DNA of 64,000 bases, from positions 390,017-454,016 of the forward strand of contig MU053136.1 of NCBI GenBank assembly GCA_013239625.1, in the 5' to 3' direction. How positions within the stretch are numbered: position 1 is the first letter of the stretch; each line of letters starts with the position of its first letter. The notes beneath the pieces were generated by a model. It did no database searches and was not told where the DNA came from. It was given only the letters and a program-made list of their open reading frames with translations. The position numbers and the translations under genes were made by a program. This DNA is from Lama guanicoe. Its lineage: Eukaryota. Positions 13,331 through 27,379 of this stretch are shown piece after piece.

Positions 13331-14999
13331 GTCTGTGGCTTACTCTTTTCTATGAACTCTAGACTCCTTTGCTTTCTCAGACCCTCACTTCTGTGTTCTT
13401 CACTTAGGGAGCGTGTTGGTCTCTTGGTGGGTTCCCCTTAGATTCTCCCTTTCTTTTGACATTTCTTGAAAATGCTCTCTAGGCATTAAGCTTGGGTAAT
13501 CACAGGGCTTACCGTACTTGTTTTCCATCTCTCGGGAATCACTGTCTTTCATTGCTTGATGTCCAGTGTCTTAAACACCATTGTTTCACAATTTTGTCTT
13601 TTTTTTTCCCAATTGTTTCTACCAGGAAGATAAATATGATCCTTGTTACTCCAAGTTAGTCAGGAATGAAATCCCCACCTCCACTCCCGAAGTTTTCAGT
13701 AACATTAGGAACACCCATTGTTTTTAACCACTGTCCAAAAATTCTTCCTTTCTCAATTTCTTTTTAAAAAGGAGCAGGGGTGAGATGGGGAATGGAGGCT
13801 AAATATAACTCAGACAAAAAGATACTTCTGATGTAGTTCAGTGTCTCTTGAAGCCCAGCTATTTCCAGAAGTTCGCAAATCAATCAGATACAGGCTTAGA
13901 GCTAGAAATAGGTCAGCTATGATAGCTCACAATGATGGTGTGAAAAGATTTTTGTGACAGTCTGTGTGTGATAATATATCCTTTCTTGTCCAGGTTCTCT
14001 TTGGATGTGATGCTAGATTCTGGGTATTTTCATATGCCGTTTCTCTATTCTTAGTCTTATAGTCCTTTTCTTGAAAGAATGACCATATTTTTAAAAAATC
14101 ACATTTTCCTTTAAAGGGGTAGAGTTGGCTAATTAAAGCAGCCTTTTTCAGCCTAAGTGCATCGAGTTAGATAATTCTCCTTTGACCTTTAGTATTAGTT
14201 TTGGAGCTTACATCAGAGTTCATGATTTAATATATGTACAAAGGTTTCTTAAAGATTTCTCTCTGCATTTCAGAGCTGCGCTTACCTATGTAAAAATTCA
14301 TGAGACGTAGCATTGCCACAGGACCATGTAGCTATCAAACACATGAAGAAAATATTTCTTTGGAGTTATTTTGTGAAATAAGAACACATTTCAGTAATTG
14401 GGTGACTTCGAGCTCCAGGAATCTCCTAGAGCCACCTTTGGAATAGAGCTGCCTCTGCTTATGCTAGTCTCATCAGGAAAGCTTTATTTCTATTTCCAGT
14501 CTGTTGCTTCTGCTGATAAACCAAGGGCATAGCTTGGTATGTTATTAGTCAGCTGTTTTTCAGCTGTGTCTATCATGATGTCTTGCACAGAATGGTTCCC
14601 CAGTGAGTATCTGTTGCTTGAATGAATGAATGCATCTTCATTGAGCCACTGCTTCAGTCAGTTCTCTTCGTATGTTTCATCTAGGATCTTTCTTTTTCTT
14701 TCTGTCTCTATCCTTTTGGTCATTTTCTTGTTTGCATTTCCTCCAGAGGGTAAACAAAGAAGGCAAAGAAGACAAACCTGAAATCATTCTATTATCTATG
14801 AGTAACTCTGATAAGAAAAAAGTATTGGATGAGAAGAAGTTGAAACTCCTGGCTAAAATGAGATTTTGTAGTTAATGCTGGATTTCATTGATCTTTTCTT
14901 TTTTTCCCAACTGTTATTAATGATGGATTGGTGTTTTGCTTTTCTTCAAAGCCCTAAACTGCTTTTTTTTTCCTCTTTAATTTATGGCTAGTGGTATAG

Positions 15000-16740
15000 T
15001 CTTTTAGTTTTCATTTTTATTTCTACTTTTTATAACTTTCCTTTTCCATCTATATGGAGTTCTCTTACTCTTCTTTATTTCTTAAATATTGGTGTGTCCT
15101 GAGGCCTCAGCTAACCTCTCTAACCTTGTCTGCTGCTAATCTGCCTCTGCTAATCTTCCACCACTGTTCTCACTGTGCATTAGCCTTTTAAAATCTGAGG
15201 TTTTAACTTCTGTCACAGTTTGGTGGTCTAGATATCCAGTCCCATCAGTGTTACTGCCTATTGGGCACTTTGATTTTGTTAGCCCGTAGGCATATCACAT
15301 TTACCATGTTTTAAACAGAATTTTATTATCTTTCTTTCTTTCCAAACTGGTTTCTTCTTCAGTATTCATATCTTAATGGTGGAAATATCTACTCCAAATG
15401 TTCTCAGACTTTTTGGTATTGTAATCTCTTTACACTCAAAAATTGCTGAGGCCCCCAAAAGAGGTTTTTTTATGTAGGTTATACCTATGAATATTAATGT
15501 ATTAGAAATTAAAACTGAGAAATAAAAGCCATTATTAATTGATTTAAAAATGATGATAAATCCATTACATGTTAACATAAATTTTAAAAAATTAAAAAAA
15601 AATTTTTCCCATAACAACAGCAACAAAATTTAGTGAGAAATGTATCATTGTTTTTCATTTTTATATTAATTTTGTGTTGGGGTTAATAGAATACGGATGA
15701 ATTCTCATGTCTGCCTTTTCATTCAGTGAGTTGTGATATTACATGTCATGTAGCGTCTGGAAAATGCTCTCTTGCCTGTGAGGGCATGAGAGTGAAAAGG
15801 GTGAATAAGGTTTCAATATTACTATAAAAGTGGTTTTGACCTTGCATATCCCATGAAAAAGTCTTGGAAATTCCCAGGGGTACCAGGTCACGCTTTAAGA
15901 GCTGCTTTTCTCTTTGGTCATCTGGTGTCCTCTTCTCCCGATCATCAGACATATCTCCTGTGTCACCACGTCTCAAGGATTCTACCTCCTTAATGCCTCT
16001 TGGATCAGAGTCCCCTCATTCTACAGCCAGAGTGTTTACCTCATCTTTTTCCTAGTTGATGTCTCTGCCTCTATTTTATCTTTTCTCTAAGCCATCTACA
16101 TTGTGTAGCAAAAGTACTCTTTCAAAATAGAAATATGATGATGTAACTCCTTTCTGAAAATCATTTACAAGGTTCCTATTACTTTAGTTAGTACGCAGGA
16201 TGTTTTATGATCCTGTCTCCACTAATCTTTAGCTTTCTCTCTAGCCACTTTTCTGTGAGTGCCTTACACTGTAGCTTTATGTAATACTTGCAGGTCTGAG
16301 AAAGCAGCATGGTGACCCATAAATCTGTGTTAATAATATTTTTGTTGGTTGGGTTTACACTATGTCCTGGCACTGTGCTAAGTACTTTACATACATTGTC
16401 TCATTTAGTCTTCACATGGCCTTCCAAAAGAAATACTTTTATCATTTCATATTGTAGGTGAGGAAACTGGGGTTTAGAGAGATTAAGTAGCTTTCCTCAG
16501 ATCATCCAGTTGTTAAATATGGAATCTAGATCTGTTTCTCCACTTCTCTCTATTTGGCTGAATGCTGTTTGTCCTCAGGGATTAAGTGGCTTAAGCATCC
16601 CTCCTTCTGGAAGCCTTTCCTCTAGTATGACTTAGATGCCTGTTCCCTCTTTCCTATTTAACATTGTGAGCAGCTCTAGCTAGCACTTAGCATAATACAT
16701 TACAACTTACTTATTTGTCTCCTGCGCCGTTGATTTTCCT
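15000..16740 (+). mobile_element. Fragmented L2 remnants surrounding the Charlie element (with a MIR at ~16350-16535)
   Basis: Pyrimidine-rich L2-like motifs (catatcacatttaccatg..., ccttctggaagcctttcc..., acttatttgtctcc). Confidence 0.5.
15395..15906. mobile_element. hAT-Charlie non-autonomous DNA transposon (Charlie1/MER119-like)
   Basis: Degenerate TIRs ca..gttctca ... tttaagagctgct; internal ctttacactcaaaaattgctgaggcccccaaaagag...tattagaaattaaaactgagaaa...cattacatgttaacataa. Confidence 0.8.
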
Positions 16741-17011
16741 GGTAGGTACAGGAAGGGAACTTCATTCCTCTGGCATAGGAAGATTAGACTATTTCTCAGA
16801 ATATTTGTCTTTAAAAGGAAAATGCACATTATGGGTCTTAAAACCTAAGGTCAGTCTGGACCTACTTATTTTGTTCGTTCTACGCAAGCAAGCCCCTCAG
16901 TTTTGGAGAAACCATAAAACAGATAATATTATTTCTACATTAATGCTTCCAAGTTTTAAAAATAGTGTCCGATCTTGCATTGGTTTAGAGAAGACTAAAT
17001 AACAACAACAA

Positions 17012-17210
17012 AAATAATAGCTAACATTTATTTAATATTTCCATGTGTGTAAGCATTTTACCTGTTTATTAGCTCATTTAATATTTACAGCCCCATGAGA
17101 TAGTTACTGTAACCTTTGTTTTACATATAAGGGAAACTGAGGCACCAAGAGATTAAGTAATTTATCCAAGATCACACAGTTTGTAAGTGGCAGAGCTGGA
17201 AATCAAATCT
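17012..17210 (-). mobile_element. MIR SINE
   Basis: aataatagctaacatttat...gggaaactgaggcaccaagagattaagtaatttatccaagatcacacag. Confidence 0.85.
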
Positions 17211-17287
17211 CTAAAAACTGTGCAGAACACTGAATCTTCTTTATTCAGGATCCCATATTTGTATTTGTTAGAATAAAGGTAAGTGAG

Positions 17288-17422
17288 GCAGAAAGGTATA
17301 GCTCAAGTGGTACATTACATGGTTAGCCTGCATGAGGTCCTGGATTCAATCCCCAGTACCTCCTCTAAGAATAAATAAATAGATAAACTGAATTAACCCC
17401 CACCCCCAAAAAGGTGACAATC
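17288..17422 (+). mobile_element. Camelid-type SINE with 18-bp TSD
   Basis: ggtatagctcaagtggta...gcatgaggtcctggattcaatccccagtacctcc; TSD agaataaaggtaagtgag at 17270-17287 and 17423-17440. Confidence 0.93.
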
Positions 17423-19134
17423 AGAATAAAGGTAAGTGAGAATAAAGGCAAAATTACATGGCACAACTCTAGTGTCATGATCTTATAGAAAAAGATGATT
17501 TACTATGAATTTTTAAAAATGTGTTTTCTTTTTAAAACAACATTATTTTAGTATGAATGAATCTTTCATGTTGTCTTTATTATAAAATTAATATTATAGT
17601 TCTGCCCTTTCTGCCTGGTTAATTCCCACTTTCCCAGTGAATGGTAACACCAAAAAGTTTCACATTTTAGTTGAGACTTAGGAACTGATAATCATTTTTC
17701 TTCTCCTAGCAAGTTAGGTTGGTTAATCCCAGAATCCTATTTTTTTTTATTAGAGAGATACATCTGAACTTTATCTTTTTGGTGGGATTCATCTGCCCAT
17801 AACTCCTTTTTGCCCTACCCTTCATCCCTTAAGCATTGCAGTGGACGTTTAATTTTGAGAATGCTAATTAGCTTCAGTAATTACACACCTTGAGGCATTT
17901 CTAGACATTTATAGCTGTGTGTTTTTGGTCTAGAATAAGATTGTGTTGGAACTTTTTGGCTTTTGTATCTTTTTTTTTTAAAGAAAGCTTTGAATTTTTC
18001 TCAGGGAGGAGTTGTGTTAGTCTGTCCAAGTCCAGTCGTGGAGTTTAGGGCTACTGCAAGTTTATTTAACCAGCGCTCAGGAGTATCATACTTGTCTTTT
18101 GCTGATAGTATTTTGACTCACCAAGAGTAGTTTTTCTTTAAGATGATGCCTTGCGTCGTAGATGGATTTTGAGAATCAGACCAATACGGAGGATGTAATT
18201 TTATTAAAATAAGCACCCAGGCTAGTTTTGGGATTTGTATAGATCAGAAAGCACATCTGTAACATGTCCCCCTTGTCGACGCACTTTTAAATCTCAGTTA
18301 TGTAGGATGTGCTGCTGAGCTGTCTTTTTACCAGCCATCATTCTGTGTATCTGAAAGTGTTATGTATAATGTTGTCAAGGTTGTATCAGTCTGTTTCAGA
18401 ATAGATTTGGTTCCAAATTACCTACCTCTGCCACAATATTCTGACCTCTAGTTTGGAAATGAGCATTTGTTAGAGATAAATGGATTGATTAAGGAAACTT
18501 GAAAACCATAATATGTTTTTGATAATGTGATGGGGTGTAGGATATAGTTTGTAGACTTATTTGAGCTCTTAAGAGTTGATAGGATTGACTCATGCAAGAT
18601 TCAAGGGGGCTGGGGATAAAAGTGTGAGAGACTTGCAGAAAGGTGCCTCTTTCCTAACCTGCTCTTTTGGATTTCTTTCTACTACATCCCATCATATTTG
18701 GAGCTTAAAACAAGAGCTTCAGTATAATTTAGTTAATTGAATTATCCTCTCAGGTAGGATTGTATATGAAATTACTGAGTACTAGCAATATCCTTGTGCA
18801 GGCAGGTGAGGATCAAGGTTGAAGAGAGCAGAAATGGCCTCATGTTAAAGACATACTCTAATGTTTTCATTAATTTCATTTTTAAGGAAACTTCTTAAAT
18901 TAGAGGAATTAGCTCAGTGAAGTAGCCACATGTAAATAATTCATTTTCCGGTTATGCTAGGCTTGTTTATGTATGATACTGGTGTTGGGGTGTCAGATAA
19001 CCACTCCATACTTGCTTTTTGTAATTAATGGTTTATTAACAAAAACTTACTCGTTGTGCCAGAAACTGTCTGAGAGTAAAGGATATAGCAATGAAGAAAA
19101 GGGGAAAAATCCCTACCCTTACAGAGCTTACATT

Positions 19135-19280
19135 TTTTCTTTCCAGTTTTATTGAGATAGAGTTGACATACAGCTCTGTTTAAGTTTAAGGTTTACTCTT
19201 TAATGACCTGACATAGGTATATTGAGAAGTGATTACCACAGTAAGTTTAGTTAACATATATCTCCTTGTATAGGTACTAA
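19135..19280 (-). mobile_element. L1MA9-like 3' end fragment
   Basis: tttattgagatagagttgacatacagctctgtttaagtttaagg...aagtttagttaacat; related copy at 55900-56215. Confidence 0.7.
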
Positions 19281-20173
19281 AAAATGGAAAGGTTAGTGAG
19301 AGAAATGGTTGTAAGCAAAAATAATCAGTGCCATCAGACTTCTATGGAATCAATGACAGAATTCCTTAAAATGAGACCTACAAATGGCTGTTTTGGTTGT
19401 AGTTTCTCTGAAGTTGGCTTTACTTTTCTGTTCCTTTTTTGCCCATACTAGGGAGAGGAGTGATGGCAGAGAATATAATAAATATACTTCAGTTTGTCAC
19501 AGGTTTGCTGTGTACCAAACATCCTGCAAAATAATTTTGAAAATTATTTATTGTATTGAAATCCTATGAAGGAGATTTTAACTTGCTTATCTTACAAGTC
19601 AGTAAAGTAAGGCTTACAGATGTGGTTACTACTGGTGTGTGATATGGCTAGGTATGCCTGCTCTTAACAATTAAGTCCTAGGGAAAGAGCATGAATGGAA
19701 GCAAATATTCCATATGTCTACATATTTAAGTTACAAATCACGATTAGAAAGAAAATTTTTTCCTCCTATTTAGACATATATTTTTGTAATGACCTAGAAG
19801 GCCGGAATTCTTGGACTCCTCAAAGCTCTGAGACTGGATGGGGTAGTGCAGGGATGCCCTCTAGGTCGAGTCTCCATATACACCCCTTTCATCCTCTGTC
19901 CCTTGCCCACCATTCGGAACATGGAAGGCGTGCAGCAATGAGTATTGTCTGTGTGAGGACAGAGTTTGAGAAGACATCCACTGAAGGCCTGGAATTGATT
20001 TTGGGACTGCTTGGGCAGGGCATTCTGGGATCCAGAGCATAGTTGGAGATGGTGGAGTCAAGGGGCTTCAGGTAGATATGTCCCTTAGTCCCGTGAACAT
20101 CTTGCCATGAGGGGACAGGCAGGTCAGAAGAGGATCAGAGTAGATCTGTCTAAAGTGCAAGATTCAGAATAGG

Positions 20174-20218
20174 GTTTTGTTTTGTTTTGTTTTGTTTTGT
20201 TTTGTTTTGTTTTGTTTT
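20174..20218. repeat. (GTTTT)9 microsatellite
   Basis: Directly visible perfect pentanucleotide array. Confidence 0.95.
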
Positions 20219-21340
20219 ACCCCAGCCAAGGGTGGGACTAGCACTGGGACTCAAATCCAGGTGCATTTGACCAGACTGTCCTTTGTCAACAGTAAGAAAG
20301 CCTGGATTTACAGAGAAAGGAAGTGATGGCTCGCTGTCTGGTGAGTAGAACAGTGATGGAAAATAGCTGGTCTGACCATGTTATGTCATGCTGGGAAAGT
20401 GCTTTAGATGGATCATGTTTTCAATGAGCCAGTCTGTTTCTCCTTTGAAAATACTATTTCGTGTTTACTCTTAGAATCTAGAAAATTTAAGAACTGAAAA
20501 AACAAACTTCATTTATTCCAGGTGCACTCTGGTCTTTCTGTAGTTTAAGTTGAATGGCACAATTGTGAGGAGACATAGCCAATTTTTCTTCTAATGATAG
20601 GTGAAGCAGAAGCAGATTGGTCTGTTTATATGTTGGTCTGGAGTTTATAGTGAACAATAATTTCTTCGCTACTGCTTGTTTTGCTTAGTTAGGATAAAGC
20701 ATCTATAAAAGAATTAGATTGTTTTCTGTTATATTTTATATCATACATTAAAGATAGATTAGGCATCATTATATAGTCTTAAAATTTTCAGTTGTCTGAA
20801 ACTGATCTCAGAATTAAGAAGAGACAGGTATACATTTTGGTGGCTGTGGGGAAATGCAGACTGGATGTAGAATGTTATTTTTTTATCACATACATTGAGT
20901 TTGTAGAGAACATCTGGGATCTGGTCATTCAGGACACCAGTCTTAAGAATGACTGTCCAGCCACACTATTCATCAGATCAGGTAAGTTGAAGCGTTCTTG
21001 AGTAGATTGAAACCTGCACAGTTCACATGGACCCATGATCTTGTACTGTCCTCATCTAATTATAAATTTATCAGTTTTGTCAGACTTAGAATTTAATTTA
21101 ATCCTAGTAACATAATCATGGCTTCTGTTCAGTTTTCAAGATACCTTTTTTATTAACAGGTGAGAATCTTATGTTTGCATGTGTTGTATGATTGGATCTA
21201 TTAGAGGTGGAAAACTGAATAGAAAAATCTTGAGTGCTATGTATCCTCAATACTAGAGGCATAATTAGTTTAAATTGGTGTTAGACGTAGAACGTGGTGG
21301 TATGAAAAATAGAATTTTAAACCCTTCTTCTAATTAAAAA

Positions 21341-21398
21341 AGGACCTCAAGCATGCTAAGCATGCACTCTACCACTGAGCTATATGCCCTCCCGCCAC
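21341..21398 (-). mobile_element. Camelid-type SINE, 5' half only
   Basis: aggacctcaagcatgctaagcatgcactctaccactgagctata; flanked by cttctaatt direct repeats (21327-21335, 21399-21407). Confidence 0.8.
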
Positions 21399-24312
21399 CT
21401 TCTAATTTTTTTTTCTTGAAAACTTATCTTCTCAATGTCATTTGGATTTGCTTTTTTTTTAATGATACCTACTATTGCCAAATAGTACTATTTTTTTTAT
21501 TAGCTGTCTTGTTCCCAATTTGCCAAGTTCCTGAAAAATATTTGTTTTTTTGATGAAAAAGCACGTTAGAATTCTGACATCTCTTTTGAGTGACAGTTTC
21601 AGCAACATCCTGTATTGCAAAGGGCTTGGGAATTTGTTGACATGAATCCATTTTCTTTGACTCCTGATTCCTCCATGTAGGCTCTATAGTCTATTTTTAA
21701 ATCCTGCTGCTGTGCTCTGTATTGCAGCGGTTCTTTTCCTGAATTATTTATCATTGTTTGGAGCTGGATAGAGCAGTGTGTTTTCTTACCACTGCTCATT
21801 GGAATGCACGTGTCTGTCTTCAACTTGGTTGACAGATTTGGTTCATGTTAAAGCCCACTGGTCCATCCTGGGAAGACTGCAAGGCAGTGTGGGAACAGGC
21901 CACAATCTGTGATACATTGAAAGATCATTCAGACTTTTAGATTACTGTTATTTTGTTTTCGCAGCGGTGGGAAAGATAGAAGCAATGCATGTTCTTCCCT
22001 TAGACTCTGCTCAGAGATAGATTGTTAAGCTGGTTTTTGTGATGAAGCTTGTTTTCTGTTTTTATAGTTGTATTTTTAGAAGAGATGAAGGAAGAATCCC
22101 TATGAAAAGCACAGCATTAAATCAAGATTCAATTTAGTTATAAATATGACCCAGATACTTGGGGGCACTTTTGAAATTCTCTGATATTGGGATATGGGGT
22201 TTTGGGAATTCATTTGTTTTATTTGGGAGTATTTCTTCTCATTGCCTGTTCTCTCGCCTTCTTGCAGACTGTAGGCTTGGAGGAAGGATGGCAAAATCTA
22301 AGAGTGAGGCGATTATTTTGGATATTTCTTCCCTTTTCTATTTTCTAGTGCATCAGAATGGATGTTTCTTTTTGTCTTCATCCTTTTTTCCTACATCCTT
22401 TTTTTATCCTTTGATGTATGAGCATACTACTCTGTGCATATTCTTTACTTTTTAAAATATTTTCCCCTTTCATATCACTGTAGGCAGAAAGTGGGTAGCT
22501 GTCAGTTATCTGGACAGGAGAGAAACCTTGTTTGTCCCCACTACCCCGCTGGTCATCTCTGAGTTTGCTTATACCTTTTTTTTAAAAAAAGTAATGGTAT
22601 AGATTTGGTTCCCATTCTTGGAGTAATGATGAAGTGCTTTTATATTTTGAACCAGAATAAGCTTTTTGGCTTTCTGTTGCTGCTTTTGGTCTGGTGCTAA
22701 TGGCTGAGAAACTGGTATCTTGCTCCTCAGTGATTTCAGTTTTTATCATTATTATCATTTTACTACCCTCTGATAGTGGTTCTCAGTTGTATAAATTCCA
22801 CATATCTCAGCAGGACCTTAGGACAGGCCCACTCACTGACTGCTCTCCTGACATTTCATTAAACTCCTTTCTTTGGACTGTGTCAGCTAAGTTGAACTAA
22901 ATTAAATTTACTATCTTTCCCCTTGTGCTTTTGCTCTCCTCCAAGTTACCTTGACTGTCTTTGCCAATACATTTCCATGACTCCTTGAAAAATCCAGTGC
23001 AAAATTATGCTCTTTAGGGAACTTTCCATGGTTCAAGCTATCTAGTATTAATTTGTATGTGCTCCTAACTTTAGAAAAGGAAGAGAACACATTAGAGATG
23101 GGACATTATTGATATTTCTACAGCTGTTGTAAAGATAATAATGAACACCACAGTTCATTCTATGCCAATAAATTTGACAATTTATATTAAATGGACAAGT
23201 TCCTTAAAAGACACAAATTGCTAAAGCTCAGTCAAAAAGAAACAAGTGACCTGATAGACATGTATCTGTTAGAGAAACTGAATTGTAGTTTGAAAGTTCT
23301 CCACCAAGGGATCTCCAGGCTCAGAGGGCTTCGCTGCTGAAGTCCGCTAACAGTCTAAGGAAGAGTTTATGTAACATTCCTACATAAGCTTTTAAAGAAC
23401 TTAGATGAGGAGGGAGTACTTCCCAGCTCATTTTAAGAGCCCAACTGTACCCTGTTACTAAAACCAAAGGCGTAAGAAAACCACAGAACAATATCCATTA
23501 TGAAGATAGATGAAAAAATCCTTAGCAAAATTTTAGTAAATTGAAGCCAGCAATATATAAAAACGACAATACATCATGATCAAGTAGGGCTTATCCTAGC
23601 AATTAAAGGTTAGCTTAACATTCAAAATTCAAACAGTGTAATTCACTTTATTAATAGATTAAAAAAGAAAATAACCCATGTTTATCTCAAAAGAAGCAAA
23701 AAACATTTGAGAAAATTCAACTTCCATTTATGTTAAAAATTCAACAAATTAGAAGGAAACCTCCTCCATATGATACAAGGCATCTTTGAAGAACCTTCAG
23801 TTAATACTGTACTTAATGATGAAATACTGAATTCTTTGCTCCTAAGAACAAGGTGTGGATGTTTGCTTTCACCACTTCTCTTCAACATAGTACTGATGAG
23901 TCTCACTAAAGCATAAGCTTGAAAAGGAAAAAGTAAAGCTGTTTAACCACTGCAGAGCACAGCATCTTGTTATGTAGGAAATCATACGGAATTTACATAA
24001 CTAGAGAATTTAGGATGGTTGCAGGATATAAAGTCAGCAAGTCAGTATATAAAAATCAATTGTATGTTTTTATACTATTTAGAACAGTCTGAAATTGAAA
24101 TGGGTAAAATATACCATTAACAAATAACATAAAAATACAAAATTCTTAGGGCTGAATTTGACAAGACACGTGATGGCTGTATGCTGAAAACTACAAAACA
24201 TTGCTTATGGATCAGAAGACTCAATAGTGTCAAGATTTTAGTTCTTCCCAGATATATAGATTGCTTCAGCATAATCCCAATCAATTCAAACACTGACTTT
24301 AAAATTTGTCTG

Positions 24313-24490
24313 ATATGTATGTTCATGTATAACTGAAAAATTGTACTCTACACTGGAATTTGACACAACATTGTAAAATGATTATAAATCAATAAAAAAT
24401 GTTAAAAAAGAAAAAAGAGAAAATAGTCTTTGATTTAATGTATTAAAATAGCTTAATAAAAGTTGTTTCAATGGCAAAAAAAATTTTTTA
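24313..24490 (+). mobile_element. Short young L1 3' end with extra 3' segment
   Basis: Same family as 11902-12050 in the opposite orientation (gacacaacattgtaaaatgattataaatcaataaaaaatgtt + A tail); degenerate TSD aaaatttgtctg / aaaatgtatctg. Confidence 0.85.
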
Positions 24491-24758
24491 AAAATGTATC
24501 TGGAAACACATGAGGTCTAGTTAAAATAGACAAATTTGAAAACAAAGATCCAAATAGAAAGACTTAAACTGCATGATTTCAACACTTTTTTTTTAAAGGT
24601 TTGGTAATTAAAATGGTATGATATCAGTGTGAAAATAAACATAGAAGTCTAGAAATGGATACACACGTTTATGGTCAATTGAGTTTTGACAGTTAACCAA
24701 GGCATTTCAGTGGGGAGAAACTTTTCAGTAGTAGTCATTAGACAATTTGGATAACCAT

Positions 24759-25296
24759 TGTAAGGGAGGAAAATCTTTTTTTCTTCTAGGTTCTGAGCTT
24801 GGTTCTCTGTAATAAAATACAGATTAACAAGAGAAAAACACATTTATTGACATGTATATTTTATCTATACATGGGAGAAACTCTTGGATGAGTAACTAGA
24901 AGGTTTGATTAGATGTAGGTTTATATAGCTTAACAAAGGAACTATAAGTTTTTAGAGAAAAGGCATGACAAAGGAAAAGGACTTTGAGTCTCTAGGGGCA
25001 GCAAGTCATGGGAAAGCAAATATATGTGAAACTAAGGATAGATAAAAGCTAATTGGTGAAGATTGTTATATAGAGTCCTGTAGTGCCATCTCCAGGCTGG
25101 TAAGGGTTGTCTCCTGCAGTTAACTTTTGTCCTTCCTGGTAGAGAGAGGAGGAGGACACCTTTGTAAATTTAAGTCCTGCTTTAGGCTAGTACAGGGAGG
25201 GCAGAGAGCTTTCCTTGTGTCTTTCTCAATTGCTTTCTCCTCAAAACAGTTCTTAAAAGTGGCATATTTGGGGACGGCAGACTCTGTTGTTCTTCA
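24759..25296 (-). mobile_element. ERV1-class solo LTR (MER34-like), 538 bp
   Basis: TG...CA termini; perfect 4-bp TSD ccat (24755-24758, 25297-25300); the end ggcatatttggggacggcagactctg..cttca resembles the reverse complement of the MER34-group start. Confidence 0.85.
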
Positions 25297-26446
25297 CCAT
25301 GTTAAAAAACAACACCAAAAACCTCCAACCTTACTTGACATCATCAAAAAATTAACTCAACATGGATCACAGACTTGTATGTAAGGGCAAAATCGATCAA
25401 ATTCTAGAAGAAAACATCTGAGAATATCATTGTAATCATAGATTAGGCAAAGATTTTATAAGTTGAACACAAAAAGCACAAAGTACAAAAAGCACAAAAC
25501 TTTGGGAAGTTTTACTTCATCAAAATAAAATTTCTTTTTTAAAGACAATGGTAGAGAAAATGAAAAGACAAGTCACAGGCTGGCAGAAAATGTAAGTTTA
25601 AGAAAGTACTTGTGTGTAGAATATATGAAGAACTCTACTACTTCAACAATAAGAAGACAGCCCAATTAAAAACTGGGCAAGAGATGGGAATACTTTACCA
25701 TAGAAGATATGGGATTGGCAAATAAGCCCATGAAAAGATGTCCAACATTAGTCATTAGGGAAATGCAAATTAAAATCCACAAGATACCATTATACGATTA
25801 TTATTAGCCTGACTAATTAAAAAGTGTGACCGTTATCAAATGTTGATGAGACTGTGAAGCAACTGGAACTCTTATGTTACTGATGGGAATGTAATGGTAC
25901 AATCACTGAAACAGTTTCACTTTTTTTTTTTTTTTTAGTTAAACATACATTTATTGTAACGACACAGCCATTCCACCTCTGAAAATAATCCTTATGTCCG
26001 TATCAAGACTTGTACATGAATGTTTATACTAGGTCTATTTGTAACAGTTAAAAATTGGAAATAACTCAGATAGTACTCAACTCAAAGATAAATGGATAAA
26101 CAAATTGTGATTTATCTATACAATGGGGTACTGCTCAGCAATAAAAATGAACAATCTATTGACATACCAGTACATGGTACTGTAAAGCTGTTAATTAGAA
26201 AAAATTTTTTGACAATCTGTTGGGTGTGACATGGTATTTCCTTATCTTAATTTGCATTTTCCTAATTAAGTAGAAGATAAGCTTTTCTTTTATTATTGAC
26301 CTTTTAGGTTTCTGCTTTTGAGTCTGTGCCAATTTTTCTATTGAGTTGTCTTTTTGTTTTATAATCCTTTGTATATACTGAGTACCAATTATTTGTCATA
26401 TATGTATGTTTCAAAAAATTTTTTTCTAGTCTATAGTTTATCTTTT

Positions 26447-26668
26447 ATTTCCTACTTTCTTTTTTTCTGAAGTATAGTTGATTTATAATGTTTCAGATGT
26501 GCAGCAAAGTGATTTAGTTATTATACATATATATGTGTTATTTTCTAGATTCTTTTCCATTACAGGTTATTATAAGGTATTGAATATAGTACAGTAGGTA
26601 TTTGTTGTTTGTTTTATACATAGTAGTATGTATCTGTTAATCCCAGATTCCTAATTTATCCCTCCTCA
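26447..26668 (-). mobile_element. Artiodactyl-type L1 3' end
   Basis: tgaagtatagttgatttataatgtt...cccagattcctaatttatccctcc; TSD tatagtttatctttt / tatagcttatctttt. Confidence 0.88.
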
Positions 26669-27379
26669 TATAGCTTATCTTTTAACTGTTTATGATTTTT
26701 TTTAATTGTAAAGAAGTTTAACATTTAAATTCATCAAATATTACAATCTTTTTCCCCCTGGTTTGTGCTTCAGATTCTTACTTAAGAAATCCTTTTGTTG
26801 AGGTCATAATGATTCTTATATATTTGTTTCTAAAAGTTTTAAAGATTTGCTTTTCTTATGTAGGTTTTTAAATCTACCTGGAATTCATATCTGTGTGTGG
26901 TGTGAATAGGGCTCTTGATTTTTTTTTTTCCCTGTATGGGTAACTGGTTGCCCCATTTGTTACTGAATATTAATTATACCTCCTCTGATGTAGTCCAAGT
27001 TTTTGGATATATGTAAATCTCTTCTAGGACCTCTGTTCTTTTCTATTGGTTTGCTCTGTTTATACATCTTAATTACTATATAAGAACCTCCACCTTCTTG
27101 TATAGTAGGGCAGATCTCTGCAGCTTGTTGATCTTATTCAAACTCCATTGACATTTTTCTTGGAATTGCATTGAATTTATAGATTAACATGGAGAGAACT
27201 GGCTTCTTTGCAGTATTGAGTCTTTCCAGCCAAAGTTCTCTATCACTACATTTATTGGTTTTTTTTTTTAATGTCCTTCGGTAATAATGTTTTATACCCC
27301 TTTCATTAAAGACGTTTTCTTCTGTTAGGTTTACCCCGGGGTAGCATTGGTTGCTGTTGTGTATGGGTTCTCCTTTTCT

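Larger units (their letters stand above)
23085..26175 (+). mobile_element. Old L1 ORF2 and 3' remnants (sense to host), with two nested insertions
   Basis: ctatgccaataaatttgacaat...atggacaagttcc, catcatgatcaagtagggcttatcc, cattagggaaatgcaaattaaa. Confidence 0.85.

Noticed and set aside
19810..20340. GC-richer block that might be an exon or old LTR
   Set aside because: I could not assign a repeat family or coherent splice sites; left unannotated.
20792..20987. Acceptor-like tttttcag and perfect CAG|GTAAGT donor (similar donors at ~6144 and ~54067)
   Set aside because: Isolated consensus splice motifs are expected by chance in 64 kb and have no other support.
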